Assembly: GCA_951406725.2 (NCBI GenBank)
Contig: OX597824.1
Span: forward strand, 806,001-870,000
Reading direction: 5' to 3'
Source: Octopus vulgaris
Lineage: Eukaryota
Length of the DNA stretch: 64,000 bases
Part shown: positions 14,481 through 28,530 of the stretch, one piece after another
Layout of the letters: each line of letters starts with the position of its first letter
Numbering within the stretch: the first letter of the stretch is position 1
Program-made: the position numbers and the translations under genes
The notes under the pieces: generated by a model
The model's database searches: none
The model's input: the letters and a program-made list of their open reading frames with translations, nothing else
Told to the model about the DNA's origin: nothing

Positions 14481-14897
14481 ACAATTCTTGTCTGATTCCT
14501 AAACGATGGGAAATTAAATACACTGATCACGCTGCACATTAGTATGACTTCACTTTGTTTATGAATGGACAACTCGTCGCCAACTGAAAGAAGAATATAG
14601 GAAGGCCACGAATAGGAGGATTTGAACAGCATCGAGATCTGCAGAAAGAGGAATTTGGGGAGAAAGCCGAGGCACGCCAATGTCCAGGAAAGATTTAACG
14701 AGGTGGCTGCGGTTTCTTGGTTGTTTCGTGATTGAGATTCAAAGTGACATTTTATCAACGAATGAGAATGATAGTACTCAATATGTGGTGCTGGAGTTTT
14801 TTAATGTTTACTTCAAATGAGAATTCAGATACTACTCGTGCCCCACCCCATACACACACAAACACACACATATATATATATACATATACATACATAC

Positions 14898-14960
<63 letters not shown>

Positions 14961-15889
14961 ATGTGTTAGTGTGTGTGTGTATGTGGTGTATGTGTATTTG
15001 TGTGTCTGTGTCTGTGTATGCGTGCGCGTATTTGTGTGTATGAATATGCATTCTCCACACCATGTCTGAAGTGCAGACGATAAATTTAAGAGACTTTTTA
15101 AAGATAATTTTTAATTAAAATTTCTTTTGAAATTTGTCTGTAATCACGTGTATATGAACGTATTTATATGTGTGTATTCAAAAGTATTTCTGTGTGTGTG
15201 TGTGTACGTGTGTGTGGAGAGGTATGTGTTTTATAGCAATATGGATTCTATTTTTTAAAAAGTCCATTCTGGAAGCTAAATACACGAAGAATATCAAAAG
15301 TTATTGTCTTTAAAATTACACAAATGAGTCTAAGAGGAAGACGCGCCGTAGAGGGACAGAATAAAGACAAAAATAATATTGTTGCCACAAGATGCCATCG
15401 AAGATGAAATATTGGATAGAAGACGCAAAAGAAAGAATGGCAGTCTGAAATTATTGAGGAGGCTAAATTCAAACACTAGGAACATCTCTCGTACTTGTAG
15501 ATTCTTTAAAACACCGGAAGACAAATTTAAGGCGAGAAATATATTTTCTGAAAATTCTGGTTACTGAAGTGGTATTTATGTCAAACAATTTCCATATCTC
15601 AAATAATCTCATTGACTATGGTACCATATTTTGAGAAGTCTGAAAATAGTTAAATGAATTTAAGAATGAAGGATTGTTTTGGGGAAAAAAGACTGTGTTT
15701 TTTCCTTTCTTTCGTATTTTTCGATGTTATCCGATTACTAGTGTACGCGTCTGTGTGGATGTGTGTGTAGATGGATACGCACACACACATTTGTATATAC
15801 ATGTGTAAACACATACTCACATTTTGATATATATATATATATATATGTGTGTATATATATATATATGTGTGTGTATATATATATATATA

Positions 15890-15941
<52 letters not shown>

Positions 15942-15991
15942 GAAACAAAGTCAAGATAGAAAATGCTAAAATAATTTTATAAAAGACATTT

Positions 15992-16027
15992 CAGTACCGG
16001 TTTCAGTCATTGAGACTTTTTCAACTG
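15992..16027 (-). ncRNA. Hammerhead motif with U3-A8 core variant
   Basis: Reverse strand CAG-UUGAAAA-AGUC-UCAAU-GACU-GAAA-CCGG-UA-CUG. Confidence 0.65.
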
Positions 16028-16258
16028 TAAGCATGGAAAGCAATTAAATTTTGGAAAAATTAAAAGAAAAGTTTTTTTAAAAGAATATTTGCATAGTATT
16101 CAAATACAAGGGACATTTTCCTTGTTTCTGTCTGTTTATTTCTCCTTTGTTTACTCTTTTGTGTTCGAGGTCGTTGCGAAGAAGAAGAAGAAAGTCTCTT
16201 AAAGTAATCATCTGCACTTCAGCCATGTTTGTGTATGTGCCTGTGTGCATTAATAAAT

Positions 16259-16341
<83 letters not shown>

Positions 16342-17921
16342 TATAAAAATGGAACAAAAACGCAATAGAGAGCATTAAAACATTCGAACAGATAGACGAT
16401 ACAAAGGCGGATAAGAGAAACAATTAGAAGGACAGGCAAAAAAAAAAAAGACGGGTCATTGGTGGCTTTCTTTCCTCACTGAAGTTCCAGAAGTCACGAC
16501 CATTTGGGGCAGTTACGTTTGAGATGGTTCGATGTATGTACCTCTATGTAGGGATATGTGTAACGAAATTTTAACGCTAATGAAACTAGTCCGGCTGACT
16601 CACACATACACATACATATATGTATGTATATATACTCATACAAACATACATACCGTGCACACACACACACACACATTCTGCGATGGTTTGATAAGCAGTG
16701 CCGATATTACAATTCTGTAACTGATAATAATATCTTATAAGCTTAAAACTTATAAGCGATCACCGTGGATTGACTAAAGAAAATAATCTAACATTGGATC
16801 CTATAAACCTCTCAATGGAAAAAAACCCCAACAAAATAAACATAATAACCAAAGCAACACAAAACAACGGGCGTAAAATACACCGAAAAAATGGGAAAAT
16901 AAGGGAATGGATATAGGACAAAAATACTGTAAATGGACATGTTGTCATAAAAAAAGCGAAAAATGAAAATGACAATTGTCACTTAATTTAAATATTTATC
17001 ATTCTTGTATTGAACTAGGAAGGTTTGCGAGTGCTATCATATCCAATTTTTCACTTGATTAATTATAGAGGAAGTAATCTAAGGGTTTTATTGTAAAATA
17101 CACTTATTCCTGTCTTTTAGTTATGATATTGTACTTTTACGTATAAGTTCGCATCTCCGTTTCGCTACGGCGTAAGATGGTGCGCTTGTCAATGTCGACT
17201 GCTTAATATCGTATTTTGTTTTGTTATATCTAAGCTGTTAGATTAGCTTGCTTAATGGAGTCGAGCTTTCTTTATTCCTATGTGATGTGACGTGGTTATA
17301 AAATCGAGATTTGAAAGCTCTTGCGCAGCATCCGAAATAATGGTAAACTATATCTGTAACGACCGAGCATCTGTACATTAGGTCTTCTTTTTTCATGAAA
17401 GATTAGATATTCTAATTGACACCTCATTGACGACAGGGTTTATAATACATATCGGATTATTTGATTTGCAGCTGACATACATAAGATTTTAGTTCGATTT
17501 GTGAAACGGAAGATGCAGTCCAGTACTGAAGTCGAGGGTAATATTGTTTTCTATAAAGATAGCAAGTCCAAATCCATTAAAGAATTTAGTTTGCTCTTTA
17601 CTTATTCCCTTTCAATGTTACTTTTGCCACAATTACTGATAGTAAACAGTGCATCATCCGGGAATAATTCACCACCCAATCCAGGGAACTCCCCATTTAG
17701 GCATTTTAATATATATAATATATACCCACCAATTCTCTTCCCTGAGTGGAGTCGCTCGATCCCATAGTGATATCGAAGTTGTTAGGTCTTTCCTTGTTAG
17801 TTCCTCATCAAAGCCTATACATACATGCATGCATGCATGCGTACATACATACATACATACATACATACATACATACATACACATATACACACACGTATGC
17901 ACGCACGCACACACATATATA

Positions 17922-17958
<37 letters not shown>

Positions 17959-17976
17959 AATGCATATATATATATA

Positions 17977-18034
<58 letters not shown>

Positions 18035-18360
18035 TATATCTTCCAATGCATATATATATGTTCCAATGTATATATATTGGATCGGCAACTAAGTTCCCGC
18101 CGTTTATTTTTAAATTTTGGAATTTACTGCAGTTTTAAATTTTGGAATCTATTTGTTTCGAGAATTCTATTTTTGAATAATTTTGGAATATACTTTGTTT
18201 TTTTTCTAGTTAATTTTAGTTAATTTTTGTTTAGTTTTCAGATCATTAAAATGGAATGTCAAGTTAAGAAAAACGAGCATTTTTCGAAACCTCCTTCTTT
18301 TTGCTTTTAATCAAGGTTCTAAGGCCGCAAAAGCTGCTCGCGACATTTGTGCTGTATATA

Positions 18361-19646
18361 CGAGGGGCGTTCAATAAGTAATGCCTCTGACCCACTTGCA
18401 GTTGTTTGATCTAGCTGAAATTTTGCATGTGCAATTACCTATATCTCTATAGATTAAGTGGCAAATTACAGCTGCAAATTGTGGTTTCTGATTTACAGGT
18501 GTTTGAACTGAGTCAAGTGTGAAACGGAGCCTGTTGAGTGTCGAGCAGTGATGCGGTTTTTGTATTTGAAAGGACGCACACCACGGGAGACTTTTGATGA
18601 AATAAAAGTAACTTATGGTGATGATGCCCCATCATATGACCTTGTAAAACGCTGGCATCGTGAATTCAAACATGGTCGGAACTTTGTGGAAACAGCTCCC
18701 AGATCTGGTCGCCCCCTTCTGCCATTGATGAGGCATCTTTCCGTCAAGTTGAGGCTGCCATTTTGGAAGATCGACGCATAACTATTCGCCGAATAGCCCA
18801 TGAGGTTAAGATTATTACCGGGTCTGTGGAAACTATCATTCATGACCATTTGCATATGCAAAAGGTGTCTGCCAGATGGATTCCCAGGCTGCTCACACCT
18901 TTCCAGAAGCAAGAACGCGTCGATAGCGCGAGGATGAATTTGAAGATGTGCCAAGAAGATGAGTCAAAATTTTTCAAAAGACTGATTACACAGGATGAAA
19001 CCTGGGTCCATCACTATGATCCAGAGACCAAAGCCCAGTCAATGCAGTGGAAGCACCGTGACTCACCTCCTCCAAAGAAGGCAAGGGTGCAGCCCTCCGC
19101 TGGCAAGGTCATGCTCACAGTCTTCTGGGACCAGGACGGAGTAGTGATGACAGATTTCTTGGCAAAGGGTGCCACAATTACAGGAGTCTATTATGCTTCA
19201 CTTTTGAGGAAATTAAGAGAAGCTATCAAAATCAAGAGGCGGGACAAGATCAGCAAAGGCATCCTCCTCCTGCAGGACAACGCTCCGGTCCACAACTCGC
19301 GTGTCGCCAGATCAGAAGCACAGGCGTACGGCTATGAACTCCTCCCCATCCCCCTACTTTCCTGACCTTGCACCCTCTGATTTTCACCTCTTCTCAGCCA
19401 TGAAGTTGATTTTGAAAGGAAAGCGTTTCCCAGATGATGCAGCCTTGATTTCTGAAGTCACATCGTGGTTGGAGGACCAAGCTGGGGTCTTCTACAAAAA
19501 CGGTCTTCAGAGCTGCATCAAACGATGGGAGAAATGAGTAACTCTGGATGGTTCCTATGTAGAAAAAGACTAATAACTGTGCCAAGTTTCGTTGCTCTAC
19601 TGCTATGGGAAGTGGGTCAGGGGCATTACTTATTGAACGCCCCTCG
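18361..19646 (+). mobile_element. Full-length mariner transposon (irritans/Hsmar2-like), inactivated, nested in another mariner
   Basis: 37-bp TIRs CGAGGGGCGTTCAATAAGTAATGCCYCTGACCCACTT with 1 mismatch. TA duplications at 18359-60 and 19647-48. Length 1286 bp. Transposase motifs WIPRLL, QDETW, QDNA and (Y)FPDLAPSDF. Confidence 0.96.
18525..19573 (+). pseudogene. DD34D mariner transposase pseudogene (inner element)
   Basis: ORFs 18548-18781, 18763-19365 and 19301-19537 join across two frameshifts. The start appears mutated (ACG) and there is a premature TGA near 19535. Confidence 0.93.
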
Positions 19647-20711
19647 TAGAGAGGGTGCCATAGCTGAAAGGACCGCTCGTGATTGGTATGCCAAGTTCAA
19701 AAATAGAAATTTTGATCTCAAAGATGCATCTCGTTCTGGCCGTCCAATTGAGTTCGAGTGATAAAACCAACTCTTGCACGGAAATTCACGTCAAACGGTA
19801 AGGGAACTGGGAACTGGCAGAGAAAATGGAATGCTCCCACACTGCTATAGATAAGCATCTTCACTCGATGGGAAAGGTTCGGAAGTATGGAACATGAGTT
19901 CCGCATGCTTTAAGTGACAACAACAAAAGTCAACGAGCTACAATCTCCGCTGGTTTGCTTTCTCGTCACCGCTCAACTCATGGACACAAGCGACGATTTC
20001 TTTACCGAATCGTTACTGGCAATGGAAAATGGTGCCTGTACAACAATATGAAGCAGCGTAAGGAATAGGTTAGCCTTGGCAAACAAGCGACACTGCGCGT
20101 GAGACAAGATCTTCATCCGCGTAAACCGATGTTGTGCGTATGGTGGGACTGGGAAGGGATTATCCATTACGAATTGTTTGAACGGAACCAAACGGTCAAC
20201 GCGGAACTCTATGTTCCACATATGGAACCACTCAACATGGCTATTCAAGAGAAAAGACCTAATCGGTAGCATGGAGTTCTTCTGCTGCACGACAACACCC
20301 GCCCTCATATCGCCGATATGACCAAAGGAAGCCATTCAAGCACATGGCTGGGAAGTGCTGCCACACCCGCCGTACTCTCCTGATTTGGCACCAACGGATT
20401 CCCACCTCTTTTGATCTCTTTCAAATGCTATGCGCGGAGTTTCGTTCAGTACTGATGCAGAATTGAGAGCTTGGTTGGATCAATTTTTCGAGTCGAAGAC
20501 GGGTGATTTCTACTAACGAGGTATTGAAAATCTTGTTGAAAGTTGGGAAGAAGCTGTAAACAATAAGTTTAGATACATTATTGATTAATTAGTTGTGATC
20601 TTTTATTAAATCTTTTTAAAAATTTAAATGAAAAAAAAAACGGTGGGAACTTAGTTGCCAACCTAATGTATGCATATATATATATATATTTCAATGTATA
20701 TATATATTCCA

Positions 20712-20796
<85 letters not shown>

Positions 20797-21260
20797 CATA
20801 TATATGCATATGTGTATATCTGTAAAACACAGTAGATCCAGTATGGCTGAATGGTTTAGAAGTTGGGTTCGCAACAAAGAGATTCTTGGTTCGTTGCTGC
20901 TACATGGAATCTTACGCCTGCTAATAGTTTGTGACAGAACTCAAGTAGATGGAGACTGTAAAGAAGCCTGTCGAGCAGATTTTATTTACAATTTCAAACT
21001 CATGTTTCAGTCACTCACACTTAGGCTCATTCTACCCGCGAATTAAGTTAAGGGTAGATGTGCAAGCAGAATGTTTCCACTCTAATATAGTTGCCGGTTA
21101 TTTACTCGGAGATGGCGGTCGTCCTAATGTTTAAGACAACCGTGCTTTCGTGGGGTCTCCACGTGAAGCCCTGCCAAGGCCCCCTCATTTGGGGAACAAT
21201 TTATTGTTGAGATTTACTGTTAACGTTTCCCTTTTTTTACTCGTTCCTTTTCTCGCTCCC

Positions 21261-21779
21261 TCTTCTTCTTCTTCTTCTTCTTCTTCTTCTTCTTCTTCTT
21301 CTTCTTCTTCTCCTCCTCCTTCTCCTTTTTCTTCTTCCTCATCCTCCTCCTCCTCCTCCTCCTCCTCCTCCTCCTCCTCCTCCTCCTCCTCCTCCACCTC
21401 CTCATCTCCTTCCCCTTCTCCTCCTCCTTCTTCTCCCCTCCTCCTCCTCCTCCTCCTCATTCTTCTTCTTCTTTTTCTTCTTCTTCCTCCTCATTCTTCT
21501 TCTTCTTCCTCCTCCTTCTTCTCCCCTCCTCCTCCTCCTCCTCATTCTTCTTCTTCTTTTCTTCTTCCTCCTCCTCCTCCTCCTCCTCCTCCTCCTTCTT
21601 CTTCTTTTTCTTCCTCTTCCTCCTCCTCCTCCTCCTCCTCCTCATTATTATTCTTCTTTTTCTTCCTCCTCCTCCTCATTGTTCTTCTTTTTCTTCTCCT
21701 CGTCCTCGTCCTCCTTCTCGTCGTCGTCGTCGTCGTCGTCCTCCTCCTCCTCCTCCTCCTCCTCCCGCCTCCTCCTCCT
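21261..21779. repeat. Compound (TCT)/(TCC)/(TCG) microsatellite
   Basis: Polypyrimidine triplet tract. Confidence 0.95.
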
Positions 21780-23250
21780 AAAATATATACCAGTAACATA
21801 CTGAGTACGATTCTGTCAGTTATGTAAGAGATATACGACTCTAAACAAAGATACCTAAACGCTAAGTTCACGAAATCTCTGGGACGAGAATTGCAAAAAG
21901 TCTTTTTAGGAACCTCGGAATGGAACGATTTAGACTGCTTATTGTGTACGCACACGCATGAATAACACAGATTCACACTCGCACACACACACACACACAT
22001 ACATATGTAAACAGACACAGTGTAGGCACAAACGCACATGCACACATGCGCACGTACGATCGCACCGAAGCACCTTCTCTGCCTGTGCACTTGAGGTAGA
22101 CATTGATGAACTGGATTATTTTGTAAAATAATCTCTCCTAAGAGAACATTAATTAGAATGAAAACTGGGGGTAAAGACAAGCGAGAAGAAACGGCAATGA
22201 AAGAATAACGTCGTCGACGACGAACATAGCTGTTGCTGCTGCTTCTGAAGACGATGGTGATAATGACTATGATGATGATGATGGCAAAAAAGATGATAAA
22301 TGAAAAGGTGAAGTATGGAATCCAGAATCTCTAATTGGAGAACATGAGAGGTGGATGAACGTTGACGTTAATCTAAACCATATAATCACTGCAAACCATT
22401 AATAAGCTGCCGTAAAGAATCTTCGGTATGAGTAGAGAAAAAGCCACGCGTGAGAAGTTCTTATTATGTGTTAAAGGAAGTCACTTGACGTCATTTGAAC
22501 CATAAATCATAGATCTTTGAGATTCGCTTCTATTATTGTGAGTGACAGAACTAAGCCGTCTTTTGATGATCGTAAATGCCATGATTGTCTGGATGACTTA
22601 TGAAATGGATGCCAAAACGAATAAACGAACAAATAGATATACTGGCATTATACTGGCAGGAATATTTCTAGAGTTATTTTGTAGGAAGAAAACCAATGTT
22701 GACGAATGTGTTCGACTTCGACTTGTTTTCTCCTGTTTATCGTATCAAACCTGCTGTGTCTACTGTTTCGGAGCTATTTTCTTATAGACACGGTTACTTG
22801 TATAACAGGGCATAGGTAAAACACTTATTTAAAAGGTAACCCTCCAGTAAAAAAAAAATCAAAACAAAAAAGAAAACAAAAAGAAAAACGAACCCCCCCT
22901 CCCAAAGTAAGGGGGAACCGAAACGATTAAATTTCAACGTTTTCATAGTAGAGTGCACCTGGTTAGCGATTCTCTCATCACTACTTCGGCAAGTAGGATG
23001 AAGAAGATGCTAGGCTGAGAAGATTTAATTAGCTCGAATAATGTCCTAAGTTGTTTCCCGTATTTGTCAGATTAATCAAAATAGTTCCTAAGTAATATTA
23101 TCTCTTATTAATTGCATGCTGTTTGTTTTGAACCGATGAAGCACTCCGAAAGATGGATTTGCGATACGAAAGAGTACCTGTCCTCTCTTCATGTACGTTG
23201 AGTACTTCTTTGGTTTGCAGCAGACACCCTGTCTCTATGACTAATAATAC

Positions 23251-23310
<60 letters not shown>

Positions 23311-23362
23311 TACATACGTACGTACGTGAATACATACATAAATACGCATACATGCATACATA

Positions 23363-23403
<41 letters not shown>

Positions 23404-23855
23404 ACTCATACATAGTAAACTTTGTTATGTATACTACTTCCTGCACGCGTTTATTGCTTACACAATCTTTACCACGTAATTCAGAAGCAGAACCAAGAAA
23501 GAGTGCCACGAGTTCAACTCCTGATGGTGACGAAATACGCAAAGATCGACTTTATTTTCTGTCATAAACTTTAAACTACGTTGCACATCTCTCCTTCCTG
23601 CCCCGCCCCTCTCTCTCTGTCTCTACGTGCATTTATTTATATTAAAGGCATTAATACACATAAATGCCTCACACTATGAGGGACTCTTAAAGTCAAAACT
23701 ACCATAATAAATACAGTATACCGAACGCGTATCTCTACGCGTGTATATATATATATATATATATATCAGTATATATATATGTATATATATATATCAGTAT
23801 ATATATATGTATATATATATATATCAGTATATATATATGTATATATATATATACA

Positions 23856-24085
23856 GATGTCTTTAAAATGAAGCTGGATCTCTTCCTGTCAGGTGTCCCA
23901 GATGAACCAACTTCACGGCAGGAGGGGCAGATGAGGGCAGCTGCATCGAACTCTCTCATGCACCATATAGCAGTTGCTAGAAAGCCTTCATGAAGTGAAA
24001 CCAAGTAGCAACACCAAATGGCGGTGCCCCAGCATGGCCACAGCTCATAAGCTGAAACTGGAAAAATCAAAATCAAAATCAAAAT
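23856..24085 (+). mobile_element. 3'-end fragment of the same CR1/L2-like LINE family
   Basis: Aligns by eye with 28228-28440 and ends in (AAAATC)n. Confidence 0.85.
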
Positions 24086-24088
24086 ATG

Positions 24089-24143
<55 letters not shown>

Positions 24144-24158
24144 CATATATATATATCA

Positions 24159-24207
<49 letters not shown>

Positions 24208-24270
24208 TATAGATATCAGTTTATATATGTGTATATATATATATACACACACCAATATATATATACACCA

Positions 24271-24346
<76 letters not shown>

Positions 24347-24347
24347 A

Positions 24348-25515
24348 CAGGGGCTGGATAAAATAACGGAATCACCTTAAAATTTCAAACAAATTTATTT
24401 GAATATGGAGTAGGACGGTCTTGAATTCTACGAGAAATGGACTCATACAAAGTTTGAATTTTTTCCAAAGGAATATTTGTCCATTCTCCAGGTAAAACAG
24501 TCTCCAGTTCTTGTAGTGATGATGGTGGAAGATATCGACTCCTTACTTGTTTTTGTAAATTTTTTCTAAAATGCACCATAAATGTTCAATAATAGTGAGA
24601 TCTGGAGAATGTGGTGACCAGATAAGATGTTAAACTTCACTAGAATGTTCCTTGTGCCATTCAGTAACAACTTTAGCTGTGCATTATCATCCTGGGAGAT
24701 TGTGTTTCCCTCCGGAAACAGTTTCGCAACCACAGGATGAATTTGATCAGATAAAATGCTTAGTCCTATCTATTAATTCTGCCACGAAGGGAAAACGTTG
24801 GGCCGGCGGATTTCCAAGATATATCCCCAACCCAGATCATCACTGATCATCCTCCATGTTTAACTGTTGGAAGAAGGCAGTCTGGGTCAAATGCTTCTTT
24901 TGGCTGCTTCCACACGTATACTCGGCCGGTGGCCGGAAATAAGGTAAAGGATGACGCGTCTGAGAAAATAACATTTTCCCACTGCTCTAGGGACCAATTC
25001 TGTAGGTTTTTACTCCACTATAAACGCTTTGAAACGTTTGTTTTTGAAAGTAGTGGATTTCTGATTGCAGCTCTCTCGTGAAATCCGACTTTGTACAGCT
25101 TTCGGCGAACAGTTTTTGTGGAAACTGGGTTCTCGGGATGGTCATTAAGCTCTGCAGTAATTCTGGGAGCTGTACTTTTGTGATCCTTTCTAACAATTCG
25201 CGTAAGAATCCGACAGTCCCTATCTGAAAGTTTTGGTCTCCTTTGTGGAGTTTGGTTTCGACGAGGAGGTTTTTCCCTCTTTCCCAAAGGCTGTCATTAC
25301 TTTCGAGACCGTTTCTCCTGATACACCAAACAGTTTGGCTGTTCTCGTTACGCTAGCGTCTGCCATACGAGACCCAACAATTTGATTTCTTTCAAAGTCC
25401 GATACATCTGTCATTTTAATGAATCTTAATTGCCTTTTTCTGATGATATCTGAACAAAAACAGAAATTTTAGCAAAACATATTAAGCAACACTAATAATA
25501 AATTAAAAAACAACT
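24348..25515 (-). mobile_element. Tc1-like transposon with decayed transposase; only one TIR retained
   Basis: TA-CAGGGGCTGGATAAAATAACGG terminus at 24346. Minus-strand ORFs MTDVSDFERNQIVG (HTH) and RPKLSDRD...STKTVRR. Motifs VIFSDASSF and WSPHSPDLTIIEHLW. The other end abuts a PLE fragment. Confidence 0.88.
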
Positions 25516-26630
25516 TTTTCGTAGAAGGCCTCGTTTTCTAGTATGGATAATACTAGGTTTTTATAGTGTTCTGTGTCCATCAGGACTACAGCTCTTCCTT
25601 TGTCTGCTTCTTTAATTGTCAGGTCTGTGTCGTTTTTTTAGTTCAGTCAGATTTTTCCATTCTAGATTGTTGAGGTTCGAATTAATTTTTCGTTTATTGG
25701 ATGTATAGGGGAAATTTTGGATATGGTCGCAGAAGTCATCCAGTGTTTTATTCCTACCCTTATGAGGAAGGTAATTACTTCTGTTTTTGACCAGTGATTC
25801 ATCTTCGTTGCCGTAGTCAGTTAGTGCTTCTGCGAGTCGTAGTTTTCGGCAGAATTCCGAAATATTGTCTTTAATTTCATTATGGTTAGCTCTTTGTGGG
25901 GTTGGAGTAAACTTTAAACTTTTGGCTAGTATATTGATTTTTGTTATAGAGAGAGTTTTCTTTGATAAGTTAATGACTTTGGGTTTCTCCTGTACGTTTT
26001 GTTCCAAAGTGTGTCCCTGTTTCTCTCCACTCGGTCTAAAAAATGTTGATTGTAATTTGGTTGGTAGAAGTTAGTAGTGTTGTTATTATTGTTATTAATT
26101 AAATCAGTATTATTATTACTTATTATACTCGGATTGCTTGGTGGCTGGTGTTCCTGCCTGGGTAAACTGGTTGGGGGCACGTGGTTAGGGTTTCTTTGTT
26201 GGAATGAATTGTTAGGGTACTTAATTATATTTGGAATGCTGGGGAGCTGGTTGTGCTATCTGGGTAAATAGGATGAGGACCCGTAGGTTGAGTTTCTTCG
26301 TTGAGGGGTAATGGGTGGGGGGTCTCTTGGATGTTTCTAGTTGCTGGGGAGAAAAAATTTCTCCTAACTCTAGGTTGGTTTCTTCTAGTGTTTCTAATTG
26401 ATGAGAAGTCCCTGTTATTAGATAGAGAATGGTTTACTTCTAGGCGTTGGGTCAGTTTTCTGCGTTTGTGTTCTTTTGGATGTTGATAGTTTGATCTAGG
26501 TGGACGTATATTTATTTCTGTAGATGTATTTGTTCTGGATCTTTTTAGGAAGGGGTTATCTGAAGTGTAGTCTCTTTTAAACTGAGCTACATAACTAAGG
26601 AAGAAGTTAGTACTGTTTTCCCGTCGTTGC
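25516..26630 (-). mobile_element. Penelope-like element ORF fragment (N-terminal to RT)
   Basis: ORF 25612-26007 reads VINLSKKTLS...KFTPTP...FCRKLRL...NL. It continues after a frameshift into IKEADKGRAVVLMD, typical of PLE proteins upstream of the RT core. Confidence 0.85.
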
Positions 26631-26729
26631 AGTAGCTGAATTTGGGTCCATTTCATCTATAGCCATTATTACATCGTCTTCCTTTATATCGATGTAATCG
26701 ATCATCACTGCCTCTGCTTTCTATAGGAC

Positions 26730-28452
26730 ATTTGCAAGTCAGCAATCCAACTGACTTTTTTTACCACTGTAGATATAAAAACAAAGGCAATGATGATCGA
26801 TTACATCAATATAAAAGACGATGTAATAAAGGCTATAGATGAAATGAATCTGAACTCAGCTACTGGCCCTGATGGATTCCTAGCAATCCTTCTAAAAGTA
26901 TGTAAGCGAGTTCTAGAAAGGCCACTGCAGTCCTTCTTTCAGAGCTTCCTTGCAACTGGCAAACTTCTAAGAAAACTGAAGGAGGGTAAAATATGCCCTA
27001 TTCATAAAGGAGGTAGCAGAGCGGAGGCCAAGAACTACAGACCTATCTCTCTGACCTCACACAACAGCAAGATCACGGAACGGATAGTCAGAAGAAAACT
27101 AATCGCCTTCCTTGAAGAAAATGACTTGCTGCCTGACACCCAACATGGTTTCCGACCAGGAATAAGCTGCCTAACTCAGCTCCTACAACACTATGACTGG
27201 GTGCTGAAACAACTGCTCAACCACTCAAATGCGGAAGTGATATATCTCGACTTTGCAAAGGCCTTTGATAAAGTCGATCATGGAATGATATGTCACAAAC
27301 TACGTGATCTCGGCATAGTTGGAAAATTGGGAGAATGGCTTCATGACTTTCTGAAGGATAGAAGTCAGGTGATAATAGCCAATGGGGCCATCTCCAATAA
27401 CATGCAAATAGTGAGCGGTGTTCTGCAAGGCACTGTTTTGGGACCACTGCTGTTCATAATGTCCCTCTCAGACATGCCCTAAGTCACACACAGAGCCACG
27501 ATCACAAGTTACCCAGATGATACAAAAGTCTCACAGGTAATACAGAACCCTGAAGACACTATGCACCTGCAATGTGAGCTGGACAAAATATACAAGTGGG
27601 CTGAAAAGAATAGCATGCAGTTCAATGCTGAAAAGTTTCAAGCTTTATGCTATCAGCATGCAAAACTAAATGCAATACCCATTAAATACACTGGACCTGG
27701 AAGGATTTCAATCCCAGAGGATCAGTCAGTGTGAGTCCTGGGCATGTACATGAGCAAGGATGCATCCTTCCGCGTGCAAGTTGCTAAATTGGCAATGAAA
27801 TGCAGGCGGCTGACCGGATGGATTCTTAGAACTTTTAGAAAAAGAGAGCAGGAAACCATGAGGGTACCCTGGAGGATACTTGTCTTAAGCCACTTTGACT
27901 ATTGCTCTCAGCTATAGTTACTAGCTAGTGTCAAATTAATCTCAGAACTTAAGGCAATCCAACGAAGCTACACGAAGAAGATAGCCTCTATGCAGCATAT
28001 AAGCTACTGGGAAAGACTCACGATATTAAGACTCTATTCCTTAGAGCGTAGGTGAGAAAGATACGCCATAATATACATCTGGAAAATCCTGGAAGGACAT
28101 GTCCCAAACTTTGGCATCGAGAGTTACACCAATGCTTGAACTGGGACAAGATACTGCAATAGCCTGGGCTTCAGAGGTCCACAGCTCCTCAATATCCTCC
28201 CGAAGGACCTGAGAGACCTGCATGGGGGGATGTAGGTGTCTTCAAAGTAAAGCTGGACCTCTTACTGTCAAGTGTCCCCGATAAACCAACTTCGTGGCAG
28301 TAGGTGCAGATGAGGGCAGTGGCATCAAACTCCTTCATGCACCAAATGTCAATTCCTAAAAAGCATTCGTGAAGTAAAATTATGTGGCAACAACAAATGG
28401 CGGTGCCCCAGCATGGGCACAGCTCCTGAGCTGAAACTAGATATAAAAAAAG
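26730..28452 (+). mobile_element. 5'-truncated CR1/L2-group LINE: RT domain plus 3' end
   Basis: ORF 26790-27482 has SATGPDG, NYRPISLTS, QHGFRPG, YLDFAKAFDKV and SGVLQGTVLGPLLF, then YPDD and YSLERR. The 3' tail is GGCGGTGCCCCAGCATGG...GCTGAAAC plus an A-rich end. Confidence 0.92.
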
Positions 28453-28467
28453 ATTATATATATATAG

Positions 28468-28530
<63 letters not shown>

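Larger units (their letters stand above)
18077..20666 (+). mobile_element. Outer mariner transposon (mellifera/cecropia-like), decayed and split by the inner mariner
   Basis: TIRs TTGGATCGGCAACTAAGTTCCCGCCG (18077) and reverse complement TTAGGTTGGCAACTAAGTTCCCACCG (ending 20666). Transposase starts MECQVKKNEHF...DICAVY at 18250 and resumes REGAIAERTARDWYAKFK after 19647. Later motifs are VPHAL, HDNTRPH and HPPYSPDLAPTD. About 1.3 kb without the insert. Confidence 0.93.
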
